Of a stretch of 64,000 nucleotides of DNA, positions 44,064-55,081 are shown piece after piece. The notes beneath the pieces are model-generated. The model did not search any database and was not told the DNA's origin. It saw only the letters and a program-made list of their open reading frames with translations. The position numbers were made by a program, and so were the translations under genes. Source of the DNA: Deltaproteobacteria bacterium (GTDB taxonomy: Bacteria; Desulfobacterota; GWC2-55-46; DRQE01); the NCBI GenBank assembly GCA_029858205.1, contig JAOUFM010000002.1, positions 91,176-155,175 on the forward strand. Reading direction: 5' to 3'. Each line of letters opens with the position of its first letter. Within the stretch, counting starts at the first letter, position 1.

Positions 44064-44600
44064 CTAATACTCTATTCCCTTTCTCGCTTTTTCCCCCACG
44101 CTAAACGGGTGCCTTATCATGAGCATCTCGGTTACGTAATCCGCGGCCTTTACAAGCCACACAGGAGCGTCCCTGCCGGTTAGCACGACCTCCAGGTGCG
44201 CCGGACGGCCCTTTAAAAACCCGAGCACATCGGCCTCGGTGATAAAACCCGCATTTATTGCAGCAAGCGCTTCGTCGAGGATAAGCATGTCGAAACCGCC
44301 GCCTGCCTTCAAAACAGCCGCTTCAAACGTCTTTCTAACCGAGGCCCTGACCTTTTCCGTGTCGGTATTGGCGCCTGTAAAAAATGCATGCCTCTCATTC
44401 GACCTCACGTGCTCGATATTGGCAATGCCTTTAAATACTTCCTTTTCCCCCGAAGCATCGCTCTCGGGCTTAAAGAACTGGACAAAGAGCACCTTCATGC
44501 CGCTCCCTGCCGCACGCGAGGCAAGCCCGATGGCCGCCGTGGTCTTGCCTTTTCCGTCGCCCGTGTATACGTGCACCAGGCCTTTTCTGTCTGCCACCAT
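44064..44600 (-). CDS. cobO: cob(I)yrinic acid a,c-diamide adenosyltransferase
   Basis: CobA/BtuR family with P-loop GDGKGKTTAA. Confidence 0.88.
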   Translation of the reverse strand: MVADRKGLVHVYTGDGKGKTTAAIGLASRAAGSGMKVLFVQFFKPESDASGEKEVFKGIANIEHVRSNERHAFFTGANTDTEKVRASVRKTFEAAVLKAGGGFDMLILDEALAAINAGFITEADVLGFLKGRPAHLEVVLTGRDAPVWLVKAADYVTEMLMIRHPFSVGEKARKGIEY

Positions 44601-44615
44601 TAACTCCTTAAAAAA

Positions 44616-46028
44616 TTATTCCGAAAACGGTTTTAGCACCTTGCTTCGCGTTGGATGGCGAAGCTTTCTTATGGCCTTTGCCTCTATCTGTCGAATGCGC
44701 TCTCTCGTGACATTGAACATCGCGCCCACCTCTTCGAGCGTATAATCGCTATTCTGGTCTATGCCAAAGCGCATCCTTATCACCTTTGCCTCGCGCGGCG
44801 AAAGGGTAGATAACATCTCATTTAGCCTTTCGGAAAGATTCGAACTCTCCATGTCCTTATCCGGATCCGCCGCGTCCTTGTCAAAGATAAAATCTCCAAG
44901 GGAGGTGCCGTCATCATCTTCGCCTACGGGCGTTGCCAGCGATATCGCGTCCTTGGATATCTTCATGGCCTTTCTTACCTTATCCACATTCATCTCGAGG
45001 AGCTTCGAAAGCTCCTCTGCCCCGGGCTCCCTGCCGTGCTGGTGCACGAACTTTCTCGCTACACGCTGCATGCGGTTCAAGGTCTCTGTCATGTGCACGG
45101 GAATGCGTATTATCCTCGACTGATCGGCTATGGCCCTGGATATCGACTGGCGTATCCACCATGTCGCGTAGGTAGAGAACTTGTAGCCGCGCTTGTATTC
45201 GAACTTCTCAACGGCCCGCATAAGGCCTATGTTGCCTTCCTGTATGAGGTCGAGAATGTGCATGCCCTTACTCGAGTGCCTCTTTGCAACACTCACGACA
45301 AGCCTGAGGTTTCCTCTGACGAGCGCGGCCCTTGCCTCGGCCGCCTTCCTGAAAAGACCGCGTACGGTTGTAGCGGCCTCGGTTATTTCAGGCCCTTTAA
45401 GCGCGAACGCTGTTTCGAACCGTTTAAGCTCGGCTCGCGCGTCCTTTACGCGCCCTAAGGAAGAGGCCTTTTTGCCTTTTACCGGCGCGGCCTTTATGGC
45501 CCTCATGCATCTTTTTACCGCAGAGGCCCCGGCCTCGTACCGTTCATACAGCCTTGCTATGACGTCTGTCTGCTTCGATATCTCATAGAAATTATCAACG
45601 AGCCTGTCTATTGCCCTCGACGCCGCGCCGCGCCTTATGCGCATCTTCCTCGCCTTTTTTATGGCCTTATCAAGCGCGCTAAGCACTGCGGCAGGCTCGG
45701 CCTCATACTCATCGCCGCCGTCTTCATCACCGTCTTCTTCGGTGAGCCTTTGCGACAACCTGTCGCGAAGACCGTAGAGCTCGTCGATTATAATCGGAGA
45801 ATTAAGAAACTCCCTTAGCATTCCCTTCCTGGCGCTCTCGAATGCCTTTGCGTAACCGACCTCCTCGTCCCGCGTAAGCAGCCCCTTCGAGCCCATCTCC
45901 CTGAAATACGCCTTTACGGGGTCGAAGGCCGGGGCAGCAGGATAGAGCTCCGCCCGGCCTTCGCTATCGCCGCCGGTGGAAGTATAAGGCCTTTCCTCAT
46001 AATCATCTGGGCCAAGCACGAGAAACAC
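44616..46028 (-). CDS. rpoD: RNA polymerase sigma factor RpoD (sigma-70)
   Basis: Regions 1.2-4.2 including [15 protein letters not shown] and YATWWIRQ. Confidence 0.95.
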   Translation of the reverse strand: MFLVLGPDDYEERPYTSTGGDSEGRAELYPAAPAFDPVKAYFREMGSKGLLTRDEEVGYAKAFESARKGMLREFLNSPIIIDELYGLRDRLSQRLTEEDGDEDGGDEYEAEPAAVLSALDKAIKKARKMRIRRGAASRAIDRLVDNFYEISKQTDVIARLYERYEAGASAVKRCMRAIKAAPVKGKKASSLGRVKDARAELKRFETAFALKGPEITEAATTVRGLFRKAAEARAALVRGNLRLVVSVAKRHSSKGMHILDLIQEGNIGLMRAVEKFEYKRGYKFSTYATWWIRQSISRAIADQSRIIRIPVHMTETLNRMQRVARKFVHQHGREPGAEELSKLLEMNVDKVRKAMKISKDAISLATPVGEDDDGTSLGDFIFDKDAADPDKDMESSNLSERLNEMLSTLSPREAKVIRMRFGIDQNSDYTLEEVGAMFNVTRERIRQIEAKAIRKLRHPTRSKVLKPFSE

Positions 46029-46047
46029 CTCCGCTTAAGATGACCGC

Positions 46048-47766
46048 TTACGTGACGCTTCCTCCCTTGCCTATCCTTCTTAAAGCATCTTTTACAACGT
46101 CGGAGTGGCCGCCCTCCTCGAGCATTTTAAGCAGCCCTTCGGTATGTGGCTTTGGCCTTCCGACGGCAAATATATTTCTTAGCGAATCTTTGAGCATCTT
46201 TTCCGGGTCTTCGACAAACCCCTTGCCCTCGTCAAGTGCGGCAGCGGCTATATAGCCGCGCGCCTCGTCGTCCTCTACGGAGTCGATTATCGCGGCTGCC
46301 TCGTAAACGCCCGATTCGATTGCGTCCGCAACGGTGATGGCGACGTTCTTTAGGAAATCATCCTTGAAAAGCGCCGAGGCGCGCCTTACGTCGTCGGTAT
46401 AGAGGTTCGGGTGCCTGATAACCACCTTGAGTATCGTGGCTTCGACAAGGTTCGACGCCTTTTTCGAGCCCTTTTGCAGGGGCATCGAGACAACCCCTTT
46501 TTCCCTGTACGAATCCACGGCAGCATGCACGCCGCCAAGGTCAGCGCCAAGAAGCGACGAAACCTTAAAGGCGTAGTGCCCTCTCTCTGCCACGTTTGCT
46601 ACCTTCGAGAGTACCGGCACTGCTTCATCCAAAAATGCGGCCTTGCCAGAGGCGCTGGTTATGTCGTACTTTTCCTTCAAAGTATCGAGAAAGAACTCGA
46701 CTATCGGGATTGCCGAATCTATGGCAACCAAGAGCCCCTCTTTGCCCTTTCCTTTCACAAACTCGTCAGGGTCCTTAGCGTCTCCAAGACGAACGACCTT
46801 CACCGGCATCTCTTCTGTAAGCGAAAGCTCCATGGTCCTTAGTGCGGCCTTTTTCCCTGCCTCATCCGAGTCAAAAAGCGCGTACACTCCCGACACGTAC
46901 TGCTTTAACTTTCTAAGGTGCTCGGCTGTTATGGCAGTGCCCATGGTCGCAACCGCGTTTACAAACCCTGCCTTGTGCATGGCGACAACGTCGAAGTAGC
47001 CTTCCACAACAACGGCAAAATCCTTATCCGACATCTCTTTTTTTGCCTTGTAAAACGCGTAGAGCGTCGAGCCCTTTCTAAAGACCCTCGACTCCGGCGA
47101 GTTAAGGTACTTTGGCTCCTGTCCGTCTATCGACCTGCCGCCAAAGGCAACGACTCTGCCGCTCGAGTCCGTTATAGGGAACATCACGCGTCCGCGAAAG
47201 CGGTCGTAAAAGCGGCTGTCCTTCTTGACTACGAGCCCGGCCGCTGCAGCCATATCAAGGTCTATTTTACGCTGCTTTAGAAAATTCACCAGCCCCTCCC
47301 ACTCATCCGGGGCGTATCCTACGCGAAACTCATCTAGCGTCTTGTACGAATACCCTCTGCCGCCAAGATAGTCAACGGACTTTCCGGGCCTCTTAACCGC
47401 GCTCTCGGCAAAATACGCAAGAGCGGTTTTGTTGGCCTCCACGAGCCGCTCTATTTCCCTATCCTGTCCGCTTCTGTCGTCCTCTATCTTCACGCCGTAC
47501 TTCGCGGCAAGGGCCTTGGCAGCCTCAGGGAAGCTCATGTTCTCGTGCTTCATGAGAAACGTTACAACGTTGCCGCCGGCCTGACACCCAAAGCAGTAGA
47601 ACATCTTTCTGTCTTCGTTAACGGAAAAAGACGGCGTTTTCTCCGAATGGAACGGGCAAAGGCCTATGTGGTTATTGCCGCGCTTGGTAAGGCGCACGTA
47701 CTCGCCGACCACCTCGACAATCGAGGCCCGCTCCCTTAGTTCGTCTATCTTTTCCCTCTGTATCAT
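46048..47766 (-). CDS. dnaG: DNA primase
   Basis: Zinc ribbon CPFHSEKTPSFSV and TOPRIM domain. Confidence 0.95.
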   Translation of the reverse strand: MIQREKIDELRERASIVEVVGEYVRLTKRGNNHIGLCPFHSEKTPSFSVNEDRKMFYCFGCQAGGNVVTFLMKHENMSFPEAAKALAAKYGVKIEDDRSGQDREIERLVEANKTALAYFAESAVKRPGKSVDYLGGRGYSYKTLDEFRVGYAPDEWEGLVNFLKQRKIDLDMAAAAGLVVKKDSRFYDRFRGRVMFPITDSSGRVVAFGGRSIDGQEPKYLNSPESRVFRKGSTLYAFYKAKKEMSDKDFAVVVEGYFDVVAMHKAGFVNAVATMGTAITAEHLRKLKQYVSGVYALFDSDEAGKKAALRTMELSLTEEMPVKVVRLGDAKDPDEFVKGKGKEGLLVAIDSAIPIVEFFLDTLKEKYDITSASGKAAFLDEAVPVLSKVANVAERGHYAFKVSSLLGADLGGVHAAVDSYREKGVVSMPLQKGSKKASNLVEATILKVVIRHPNLYTDDVRRASALFKDDFLKNVAITVADAIESGVYEAAAIIDSVEDDEARGYIAAAALDEGKGFVEDPEKMLKDSLRNIFAVGRPKPHTEGLLKMLEEGGHSDVVKDALRRIGKGGSVT

Positions 47767-47777
47767 CTCTATATGCC

Positions 47778-50120
47778 CTATTCGAGTTTCGCTATGGTAA
47801 CGGCTCCGGCAGAGCCTGCCGAGCCGCCCTCTTCATACCCCTTGACGCAGGGGTTTTCCTTAAGATACGCGCGAATCGCTTTTTTGAGCGCCCCTGTGCC
47901 GTGGCCGTGTATTATCTCTACACTCGAGTACCCCTGCATGTGCGCGGAATCGAGCACTGCCTCGATTTTCTTTAACGCCTCCTCGACACGCATCCCTATG
48001 ACATTCACAGAGCCCTCGGCCCCGGTCGTAAACGGCACGGAATAGGAGGCCGCCCCTGCCGCAGCCTTTTGCCTGCCCTTACTCTCGGCGCGCCGAAGCT
48101 TTCTAAAATCGGTCTTGAAGGTGATATTGCCGTAACGCGCCTCAACTGTTTTCTTTCCCTCGTCGACCTTTAAGACCTCGCACGGCACGTCCACGCCCTC
48201 GACCATGACGGTATCGCCGACAACGGGGATAAAGTCCACGCGCTCGGAGCCAAGCGCCTTTGCCGCCTTCTTTGCCTCAGTCTCTATTTCGTCCATGGCA
48301 GCGGCCTTCGCTGCCCGGTCCTTTTTCGAGGCCTCGCTCCTTATCTTCTCGCTGACAATACGCTCTATTTCAGAGGTTACAGCGCTTACTATAGCTTCGA
48401 CCTTTTTTCTCGCTTTTTCAAGAAGAATCTTTCTATCGTCTCTAAGGCGTGTAAGGGCCTTTTCCTTTTCATCCGCCGCCTTTTTAAGCCTTGCATTCTC
48501 AATTGCAAGGCGGTCTCTCTCCGCCGCCGCCTCCCTTACCATTTCTATGAACGCGCCCTCGTCTCCTTTAAGCTTTTTCCTCGCCCCCTCGATTATGCGC
48601 TTTGGTATGCCGTAGGTCTCAGCCACCTTCAGGCCAAGGCTTGCGCCCGGGATGCCGTAATGCAGTTCATACAAGGGCTTAAGGCTCGACTCGTCGAATG
48701 CAACCGATGCGTTCATAAAGGCAGCGTCCTTTTCAGCGTGCGCCTTAAGTAGGTTAAGGTGCGTTGTCACGACAGCAACCGCGCCTATGTCCCTTAACTC
48801 CTCTAAAATGGTCAGCGCAAGCACGCTTCCCTCGGCCGGATCCGTGCCAACCCCTATCTCGTCTATTAGCACAAGAGAGGACTTCTCGACCTTTGCCATT
48901 ATCTCGCCCATACGCTTTAGATGCGCCGAAAATGTCGAGAGGTCTTTTGCAATGTCTTGTCTGTCTCCTATGTCAGCGTACACGGAGGTAAAAAGCGCTG
49001 CCTCGCTAGAAGACGCAGCAGGGATAGGGAGCGCGGCCCTTACCATCACCGAAAGAAGTCCGAGCGTCTTAAGAGCAACGGTCTTGCCACCGGTGTTGGC
49101 GCCCGATATGACGAGCACGTTCTTACCCTTATCTATGAGTATATCCACCGCAGTAACGGCCTTTGCCCCGGCCTTTTGCTTGAATACGAGCGCCGGGTGG
49201 CGCGCCTTAAGAAGCCTTACGCCGCCGCCCTCACTTACGGCCGGAATGGAGCCGTCGATATAGTCCTTGAAAACCGCCTTTGCCTGGAGAAGGTCTATCA
49301 CCGCTGCAATGTCTAAGTCAGCTGCAAGCGAAGCGGCGAACTCCATTGCAAAGGAGGTAAGCGCCTTTAATATCGCTATCTCCTCTATGCGCTCCTGCTT
49401 TTTTAGTATCGCAACCTTGTTATTGGCCTCGACAACGCGCATTGGCTCGATAAAATACGTCTGTCCGGATGCGCTCTGCCCATGCACCACACCCTCGAAC
49501 TGCGTGTGCCAGGCCGCCCTTACGCAGAGGACAAAGCGGTCCTCCCTTATAGTGATGATGTCGTCCATCAGGCGTTCGAGAACGGATTTGTCCCTGACCA
49601 TGGACTCGAGCGAGGCCCTTGCGTTCTCCATAACTGCCTTTAAGGATCTACGAATGGATAAAAGTGCGGACGATGCGTCGTCTTTTATAACGCCTGCGTC
49701 GTCAAAGACCGACGTTATCTCGGATACAAGCGCCGACTGATCCGAGAGGGCTTCCAGCATGCCGGTTATCTTCGGGCACGTCTTTCTGACATCCGTGTCC
49801 GCCGATGCCTTAAGTGCAAGAAGCGCGGCTGCAGAGCGCTTTATGGCGAGGAACTCGGGTGGTTCGAGAAACGACTCTCCCACGCGGCATCTTACGAAAT
49901 ACGGCCGCACATCCTCTACGGAAGAAAGCTCCATGCGGCCTCTAAGTGAGATAAAGGCCTCCATCTCGCGAAGCACGGCGTAGCCGTCCTCCACTTCCTC
50001 CTTTGACTTATCGGGGGTAAGGGCCCTGGCATTCTTAGCGCCCATGGGTGTGGACGCAAAGCTTGCGAGTTTTTCGAGTACCGCACTGTACTCGAGAGCA
50101 TCTAAGGTAATCTGGTCCAC
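47778..50120 (-). CDS. mutS2: endonuclease MutS2 (MutS domains III-V plus C-terminal Smr)
   Basis: Walker A GANTGGKT and C-terminal Smr region. Confidence 0.9.
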   Translation of the reverse strand: MDQITLDALEYSAVLEKLASFASTPMGAKNARALTPDKSKEEVEDGYAVLREMEAFISLRGRMELSSVEDVRPYFVRCRVGESFLEPPEFLAIKRSAAALLALKASADTDVRKTCPKITGMLEALSDQSALVSEITSVFDDAGVIKDDASSALLSIRRSLKAVMENARASLESMVRDKSVLERLMDDIITIREDRFVLCVRAAWHTQFEGVVHGQSASGQTYFIEPMRVVEANNKVAILKKQERIEEIAILKALTSFAMEFAASLAADLDIAAVIDLLQAKAVFKDYIDGSIPAVSEGGGVRLLKARHPALVFKQKAGAKAVTAVDILIDKGKNVLVISGANTGGKTVALKTLGLLSVMVRAALPIPAASSSEAALFTSVYADIGDRQDIAKDLSTFSAHLKRMGEIMAKVEKSSLVLIDEIGVGTDPAEGSVLALTILEELRDIGAVAVVTTHLNLLKAHAEKDAAFMNASVAFDESSLKPLYELHYGIPGASLGLKVAETYGIPKRIIEGARKKLKGDEGAFIEMVREAAAERDRLAIENARLKKAADEKEKALTRLRDDRKILLEKARKKVEAIVSAVTSEIERIVSEKIRSEASKKDRAAKAAAMDEIETEAKKAAKALGSERVDFIPVVGDTVMVEGVDVPCEVLKVDEGKKTVEARYGNITFKTDFRKLRRAESKGRQKAAAGAASYSVPFTTGAEGSVNVIGMRVEEALKKIEAVLDSAHMQGYSSVEIIHGHGTGALKKAIRAYLKENPCVKGYEEGGSAGSAGAVTIAKLE

Positions 50121-50190
50121 GGCGTAAGGTTACGGGGTTTGCAGGCCGCACGAAATGTAGGGCCCATGAAATATTACACTGCCTGTTCTG

Positions 50191-51165
50191 CTACTTTCTC
50201 CTGCTTACTCTTCTAAACCCGGAGCATGCTATGACATCCACCCCTTCGAGTATGTCGTCGAAGAGGAGATTTAGCCCGAGGTTGTCGCTGGATATGTGCC
50301 CGGCGATTACGACGTTTACGTGGTGCTTTTGCGCCTCTTTCCTGTGGTCCTCGCCGATATGCATGCCGACTATCGTGCCTACCCCTGCTGTCGAGAGCCC
50401 TTCGTAGACCATCTTGCTGCCGCCTGTGCCGCCGGTCATGTCCACGAAAATTTTACCTGCCCTTCTCGAATCCGAGCCGACTACGACGCGCGGCCCGACT
50501 GTTTCGCTAAGCGCAAGCTTGTACTCATCCATGCCGTCTATTGCCTCTATGACATCAGAGACAAGGCGCGGCGCCTTTAAATCGAACATGTCTTGCAGAT
50601 AGGTCTGCACTGCGTTGTCGGACGGCGTATGAATGCTCATAAGCGGAACGTCAAGAAGCCTTGCCGCGTCGACTGCTCGCATGTGATTTGCGGGAAGGAG
50701 CCTTCGCTCGACTTCCTTTATGCGCTCATCCATCACGTCCTCGGCAACGTGTATAGGAAGCCCCTGCTTAAAGAGTATGGCGCTTTGCATGCCCATGACA
50801 TCGTAGAGCGCTGCCATGGCCCGGCCTTCGGGATGGTGCGTGATCACAAGGTCTATTGCCTCGCCCTTTTCCCTTAGCCTGTCTGCAAGCACTATCTCGC
50901 CGACCTCTATATCTATGCCAACAAGAACGCGCTTTACCTCCTTATCCGGGCTGCCGTGGAGGATGCGCGTATCGGCATACGGGTTTACGAGGCTTTCCTT
51001 ATCAAAGCGCGCCTTTTTCTTCTCGCTTAGGCCGTCGTATTCCTTTTTAGCGGCCTTAAGCTGCTCCTCTACCTCGGCCTTACCCCTTGGGTCGAGCTCT
51101 ATGCCCCTCTTATACGCCCTCTCGTATATCTCGCGTATCTTCATAGGTATCCTCTCAGGCTCCAA
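50191..51165 (-). CDS. Nif3-family dinuclear metal-centre protein (YqfO-like)
   Basis: LVITHHP signature. The N-terminal region has an inserted coiled-coil segment. Confidence 0.65.
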   Translation of the reverse strand: MEPERIPMKIREIYERAYKRGIELDPRGKAEVEEQLKAAKKEYDGLSEKKKARFDKESLVNPYADTRILHGSPDKEVKRVLVGIDIEVGEIVLADRLREKGEAIDLVITHHPEGRAMAALYDVMGMQSAILFKQGLPIHVAEDVMDERIKEVERRLLPANHMRAVDAARLLDVPLMSIHTPSDNAVQTYLQDMFDLKAPRLVSDVIEAIDGMDEYKLALSETVGPRVVVGSDSRRAGKIFVDMTGGTGGSKMVYEGLSTAGVGTIVGMHIGEDHRKEAQKHHVNVVIAGHISSDNLGLNLLFDDILEGVDVIACSGFRRVSRRK

Positions 51166-51604
51166 GAACTTTTTTAACGAGCTCCTGCACGAGCTTTCCG
51201 TCGGCAGCGCCCTTTAGCTTCGCCATCACGGGCTTCATGAGCTTGCCCATGTCTGCCGGCCCCTTTGCCCCTACCTCTTCAACTGTCTTTCTTATTATGG
51301 CCTCGACCTCGGCCTCCGGAAGCTGCTTTGGAAGATACGCCTCCAAAACTTTCAGCTCCGCCTCTTCCTTCTCTGCAAGCTCGGTCCTGCCGCCTGCCTT
51401 AAACTGCTCGATAGATTCCTTTCTCTGCTTACAAAGGGTCTTTGTAACCGACTGTACGTCTTCATCGGTAAAGGGCTTGCCTCTTTTTTCGATTTCAGCG
51501 TACTTAACGGCCGATATGAGCATCCGAAGGGCCGAGACCTTTGCCTTGTCCCCTGCCTTCATAGCCGCGGTCATGTCGTTCTTTACGTTATCGATAAGCG
51601 CCAT
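51155..51604 (-). CDS. yqeY: GatB/YqeY domain protein
   Basis: Full-length YqeY-like sequence. Confidence 0.85.
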   Translation of the reverse strand: MALIDNVKNDMTAAMKAGDKAKVSALRMLISAVKYAEIEKRGKPFTDEDVQSVTKTLCKQRKESIEQFKAGGRTELAEKEEAELKVLEAYLPKQLPEAEVEAIIRKTVEEVGAKGPADMGKLMKPVMAKLKGAADGKLVQELVKKVLGA

Positions 51605-51714
51605 GATATCGTCTCCTCTTTATGCTCTTTAAAATATTTAGCGGCGTGTCCGCGCCGCAGTCAAACACCCTGGCGCGAAGACGCCGCAAGAAAAAACGCG
51701 TGTTCCGGCAGCCC

Positions 51715-52302
51715 TTAGGTGCCTTTCTTGAGTTCTACCAAGACGAGCTTTACAACGGCCTTGAGTGTCTCGAAAACGCCCTCTCCCGTTGCCGCCGCGG
51801 CCTCGAAGTCCGGCACTCCGGTGGGGTTAAGCACCCTCTTCATCTCGTCAAGCGGAGCGACATTTGGCATGTCGCGCTTATTGTACTGTATGACGTAGGG
51901 TATCTTGTCTATCGAGTAACCGTGCTCCTCGAGGTTGCTCTTCATGTTATCCAAGCTCTCGATGTTGGCGTCCATTCTCTCGACCTGGGAATCGGCGACG
52001 AAGATTATTCCGTCAACGCCCTTTAATATAAGCTTTCTCGATGCGTCGTAGAATATCTGTCCGGGGACGGTGTAGAGGTGGAAGCGCGTCTTGAAGCCCT
52101 TGATCTCTCCAAGGGCGAGCGGAAGAAAGTCGAAGAAAAGCGTTCTCTCTGTCTCGGTAGCAAGAGATATCATCTTGCCCTTCGAATCGGGCCTGGTCTT
52201 GGTGTATATGAAATTCAGGTTTGTGGTCTTTCCGCAAAGACCCGGGCCGTAGTAGACTATCTTACAGTTAATCTCTCTTGCGGAATAGTTTATAAATGAC
52301 AT
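51715..52302 (-). CDS. mglA: Ras-like small GTPase MglA
   Basis: Near-identical stretches to M. xanthus MglA ([27 protein letters not shown]). Confidence 0.95.
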   Translation of the reverse strand: MSFINYSAREINCKIVYYGPGLCGKTTNLNFIYTKTRPDSKGKMISLATETERTLFFDFLPLALGEIKGFKTRFHLYTVPGQIFYDASRKLILKGVDGIIFVADSQVERMDANIESLDNMKSNLEEHGYSIDKIPYVIQYNKRDMPNVAPLDEMKRVLNPTGVPDFEAAAATGEGVFETLKAVVKLVLVELKKGT

Positions 52303-52360
52303 GACTCACCGTTTGCGCGCCGTTGTATTGTGCGATCAGGAAAACGTGCCCGGAGAGCGT

Positions 52361-52843
52361 CTATCCGAACAGGTTTTCGATGTCGTCGTCGGAAATCTCT
52401 TCGAGGAGCTGTTCTTTCGAGGTGGCCGACTCCATCCTTTTGACAATCTTGCCGATTACGTTGCTCATTTCCTCGCCGGCCTTCTTGACACGAAGCCTCA
52501 CGAGCCCGAGCGATGAGCGTCCGTCGAAGATAACGACGAGTATAACCCTCTGAGCTACTATGGAAATATGAATATTGTCCTTCTCCCCCTCGTGAAAGAG
52601 GATGGAGAATTCCTTTTCGCCTATAAGCTTGGCAAGCCCGCCCGTAGCCGCGATGTTTCCGGCAGTGAGCGAGGCAAGCGACGTGGCGTCTATATGATGG
52701 GTCTCGCCGCTCGAGGCAATAAGCTGTCCGTCCTTGTCAACGACGAACACGCACTTGGCGTTGGCTTCCTTAAGAAGCTTGTCTATTGTCGCGCCAACTT
52801 CCTTTAATTCTTCCTCGAACATTACTAGCGAGGTATGAGCCAT
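52361..52843 (-). CDS. mglB: MglB (roadblock/LC7 GAP of MglA)
   Basis: Roadblock/LC7 fold immediately upstream of mglA, with an acidic C-terminal tail. Confidence 0.9.
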   Translation of the reverse strand: MAHTSLVMFEEELKEVGATIDKLLKEANAKCVFVVDKDGQLIASSGETHHIDATSLASLTAGNIAATGGLAKLIGEKEFSILFHEGEKDNIHISIVAQRVILVVIFDGRSSLGLVRLRVKKAGEEMSNVIGKIVKRMESATSKEQLLEEISDDDIENLFG

Positions 52844-52947
52844 AGAACTCCTCCCGGTATTAACCGAACACCCAAGAAAGTATACAAAATTACAATGCTA
52901 AGTGAAAGAGAAAAATGCACGTTGCCCCGTAATAGGGGACAAAAACG

Positions 52948-53877
52948 TCAGAATATGCGTTTTCCGTCGTTTTCGAGTAGCCTCTCCCACTCATAATCGA
53001 CCTTCTTCTGGAACGCTTCTATTATAGCGTCTGCGCCCTTTAAGTGCTTAAAGCGGCCCTGGAGCTCTATCCACTCCCTGACAGGCCTCTTCTCCTTGGG
53101 CTTGTAATTTATCTTCAGCACGCCTTCCTCGACCTCGTAGAGGGGCCAGAAGCAGGTGTCTGTTGCGAGCTTTGCAAGCTGCATGCCCTGCTCGGGCTTG
53201 GTGTACCAGCCAAGCGGACACGGCGAAAGCACATTTAAAAATGTCGGGCCCTTGGTCTTGAAGGCCTTCTCGCCCTTTTTCTCAAGGTCTTTCCAGTTAT
53301 GGGGAGAGGTCTGCGCTGCATATGGAATATTATGCGCAACCACTATCCTGGTTAAATCTTTTCTCCACTCCTGTTTGCCCGGTACCACGTCGCCCGCGGG
53401 GCTAGTCGTTGTAGCGGAGCCAAGCGGAGTAGCGCTCGAACGCTGGATGCCGGTATTCATGTACGCGCCGTTATCGTAGCAGACGTAAACTATGTCGTGC
53501 CCCCTCTCAAGCGCTCCGGAAAGGGCCTGGAACCCGATATCATAGGTGCCGCCGTCTCCGCCAAAGGCCACGAACTTTACGTCCTTATCGGCAGGGATCC
53601 TGCCCTTTTTCTTTAGCCCTTTGAAAGCACTCTCTATGCCGCTTATCGTTGCCGCGGCGTTCTCGAATGCAGAGTGTATCCACGGAATACGCCACGAGGA
53701 ATACGGGTATATGGTGGTGCCGACCTCGAGGCATCCTGTCGCCGTGGTTGCCACAACCGGGCCCCCGGCGCTTCTTAAGAGCAGCCTTACTATCGGGGGT
53801 ATGCCGCACCCCGTGCAGAGGCGGTGGCCTCCTGTAAAGAGTTCCTGTTTCGACGCTAATTCCTTTAAGGTAGCCAT
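52948..53877 (-). CDS. porB: 2-oxoacid:ferredoxin oxidoreductase beta subunit (TPP-binding)
   Basis: GDG TPP motif and a CTGC cluster near the N-terminus. Confidence 0.88.
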   Translation of the reverse strand: MATLKELASKQELFTGGHRLCTGCGIPPIVRLLLRSAGGPVVATTATGCLEVGTTIYPYSSWRIPWIHSAFENAAATISGIESAFKGLKKKGRIPADKDVKFVAFGGDGGTYDIGFQALSGALERGHDIVYVCYDNGAYMNTGIQRSSATPLGSATTTSPAGDVVPGKQEWRKDLTRIVVAHNIPYAAQTSPHNWKDLEKKGEKAFKTKGPTFLNVLSPCPLGWYTKPEQGMQLAKLATDTCFWPLYEVEEGVLKINYKPKEKRPVREWIELQGRFKHLKGADAIIEAFQKKVDYEWERLLENDGKRIF

Positions 53878-53893
53878 CTCGTAAACCTCTTAT

Positions 53894-55081
53894 CTAAAGG
53901 TAACGGGTAAGCTCTTCGGCCTTGCCCGTTTCCATGAGTTTATAGAGTTCGGCGAACACCGCTTCGGCGTTCTCCACCGTGTAGTCCCTTCCGCCAAGAC
54001 CGTAAATCCTGCCCATTATCTTCGGTCTCTTTTCAAGGTCGTATAGAGCCGACCTTATCTCGTTAAATAACGGCCCGCCAAAACCGGAGAAACTATCTGC
54101 CCTGTCCATCACGCAAACTGCCTTCACGTTCTTTAGCGCAGCCGCCATCTCCGCGTGCGGGAACGGCCTAAAGAGCCTTGGCCTTAGGAGCCCGACCTTT
54201 TTGCCTTCTTTCCTGAGCTTATCTATTGCCACCTTTGTCGTGCCTGCGGCGGAGTTTAGTATTACTATCGCCACATCCGCGTCGTCGAGCTTATATGTTT
54301 CCATAAGCCCGTACTCACGGCCAAAACGCTTGCCAAATGCCTTTCCTACCTCGGCTACGACGTCCTTTGAGGCAGCTATCACATTTGACTGTACGTGCTT
54401 GATGTCCATATACGAATCCGGAAGCGTCATCGCGCCCATTGTTATCGGATGGTCTGTATCGAGAAGCGACTGCTTGGGGCTGTACACGCCAAGAAAGTCC
54501 TTTACGTCCTTATCTTCCAAAGGCTCCATGACGCCGATTGCGTGGCTCGTGATAAAACCGTCCATGCAAACCATTACAGGTAGTAGCACCCTCTCGTCCT
54601 CGGCTATCTTTACTGCCTGAAAGAGGTTATCGTAGGCCTCCTGCACGGTCTCGGAATAGAGCTGTATCCAGCCGGAATCCCTTGCGCCCATGGAATCCGA
54701 ATGGTCACAATGTATATTGATAGGGGCGGAAAGCGCCCTGTTCACAACGGTCATTACAATCGGAAGCCTCATACCAGAGGCTATATAGAGGACCTCCCAC
54801 ATAAGGGCCAGTCCCTGCGAGCTTGTAGCTGTCATTACCCTTGCGCCTGCCGCAGATGCTCCGACACACGCGCTCATCGCGGAGTGCTCGCTCTCGACAG
54901 TTACGAACTCGGTAGTGACCTTACCGTCTGCCACGTAGCCTGAAAACTCCTCGACGACTCCGGTAGACGGGGTAATCGGGTACGCCGGGCACACATCCGG
55001 GTCTATCTGCCTCATGGCATAGGCTATGGCCGAGTTACCGGTAAGCCCTATTTTTTTAGAGGCCTTCGCGCTCTGTGCCAT
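53894..55081 (-). CDS. porA: 2-oxoacid:ferredoxin oxidoreductase alpha subunit
   Basis: POR alpha family. Confidence 0.88.
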   Translation of the reverse strand: MAQSAKASKKIGLTGNSAIAYAMRQIDPDVCPAYPITPSTGVVEEFSGYVADGKVTTEFVTVESEHSAMSACVGASAAGARVMTATSSQGLALMWEVLYIASGMRLPIVMTVVNRALSAPINIHCDHSDSMGARDSGWIQLYSETVQEAYDNLFQAVKIAEDERVLLPVMVCMDGFITSHAIGVMEPLEDKDVKDFLGVYSPKQSLLDTDHPITMGAMTLPDSYMDIKHVQSNVIAASKDVVAEVGKAFGKRFGREYGLMETYKLDDADVAIVILNSAAGTTKVAIDKLRKEGKKVGLLRPRLFRPFPHAEMAAALKNVKAVCVMDRADSFSGFGGPLFNEIRSALYDLEKRPKIMGRIYGLGGRDYTVENAEAVFAELYKLMETGKAEELTRYL

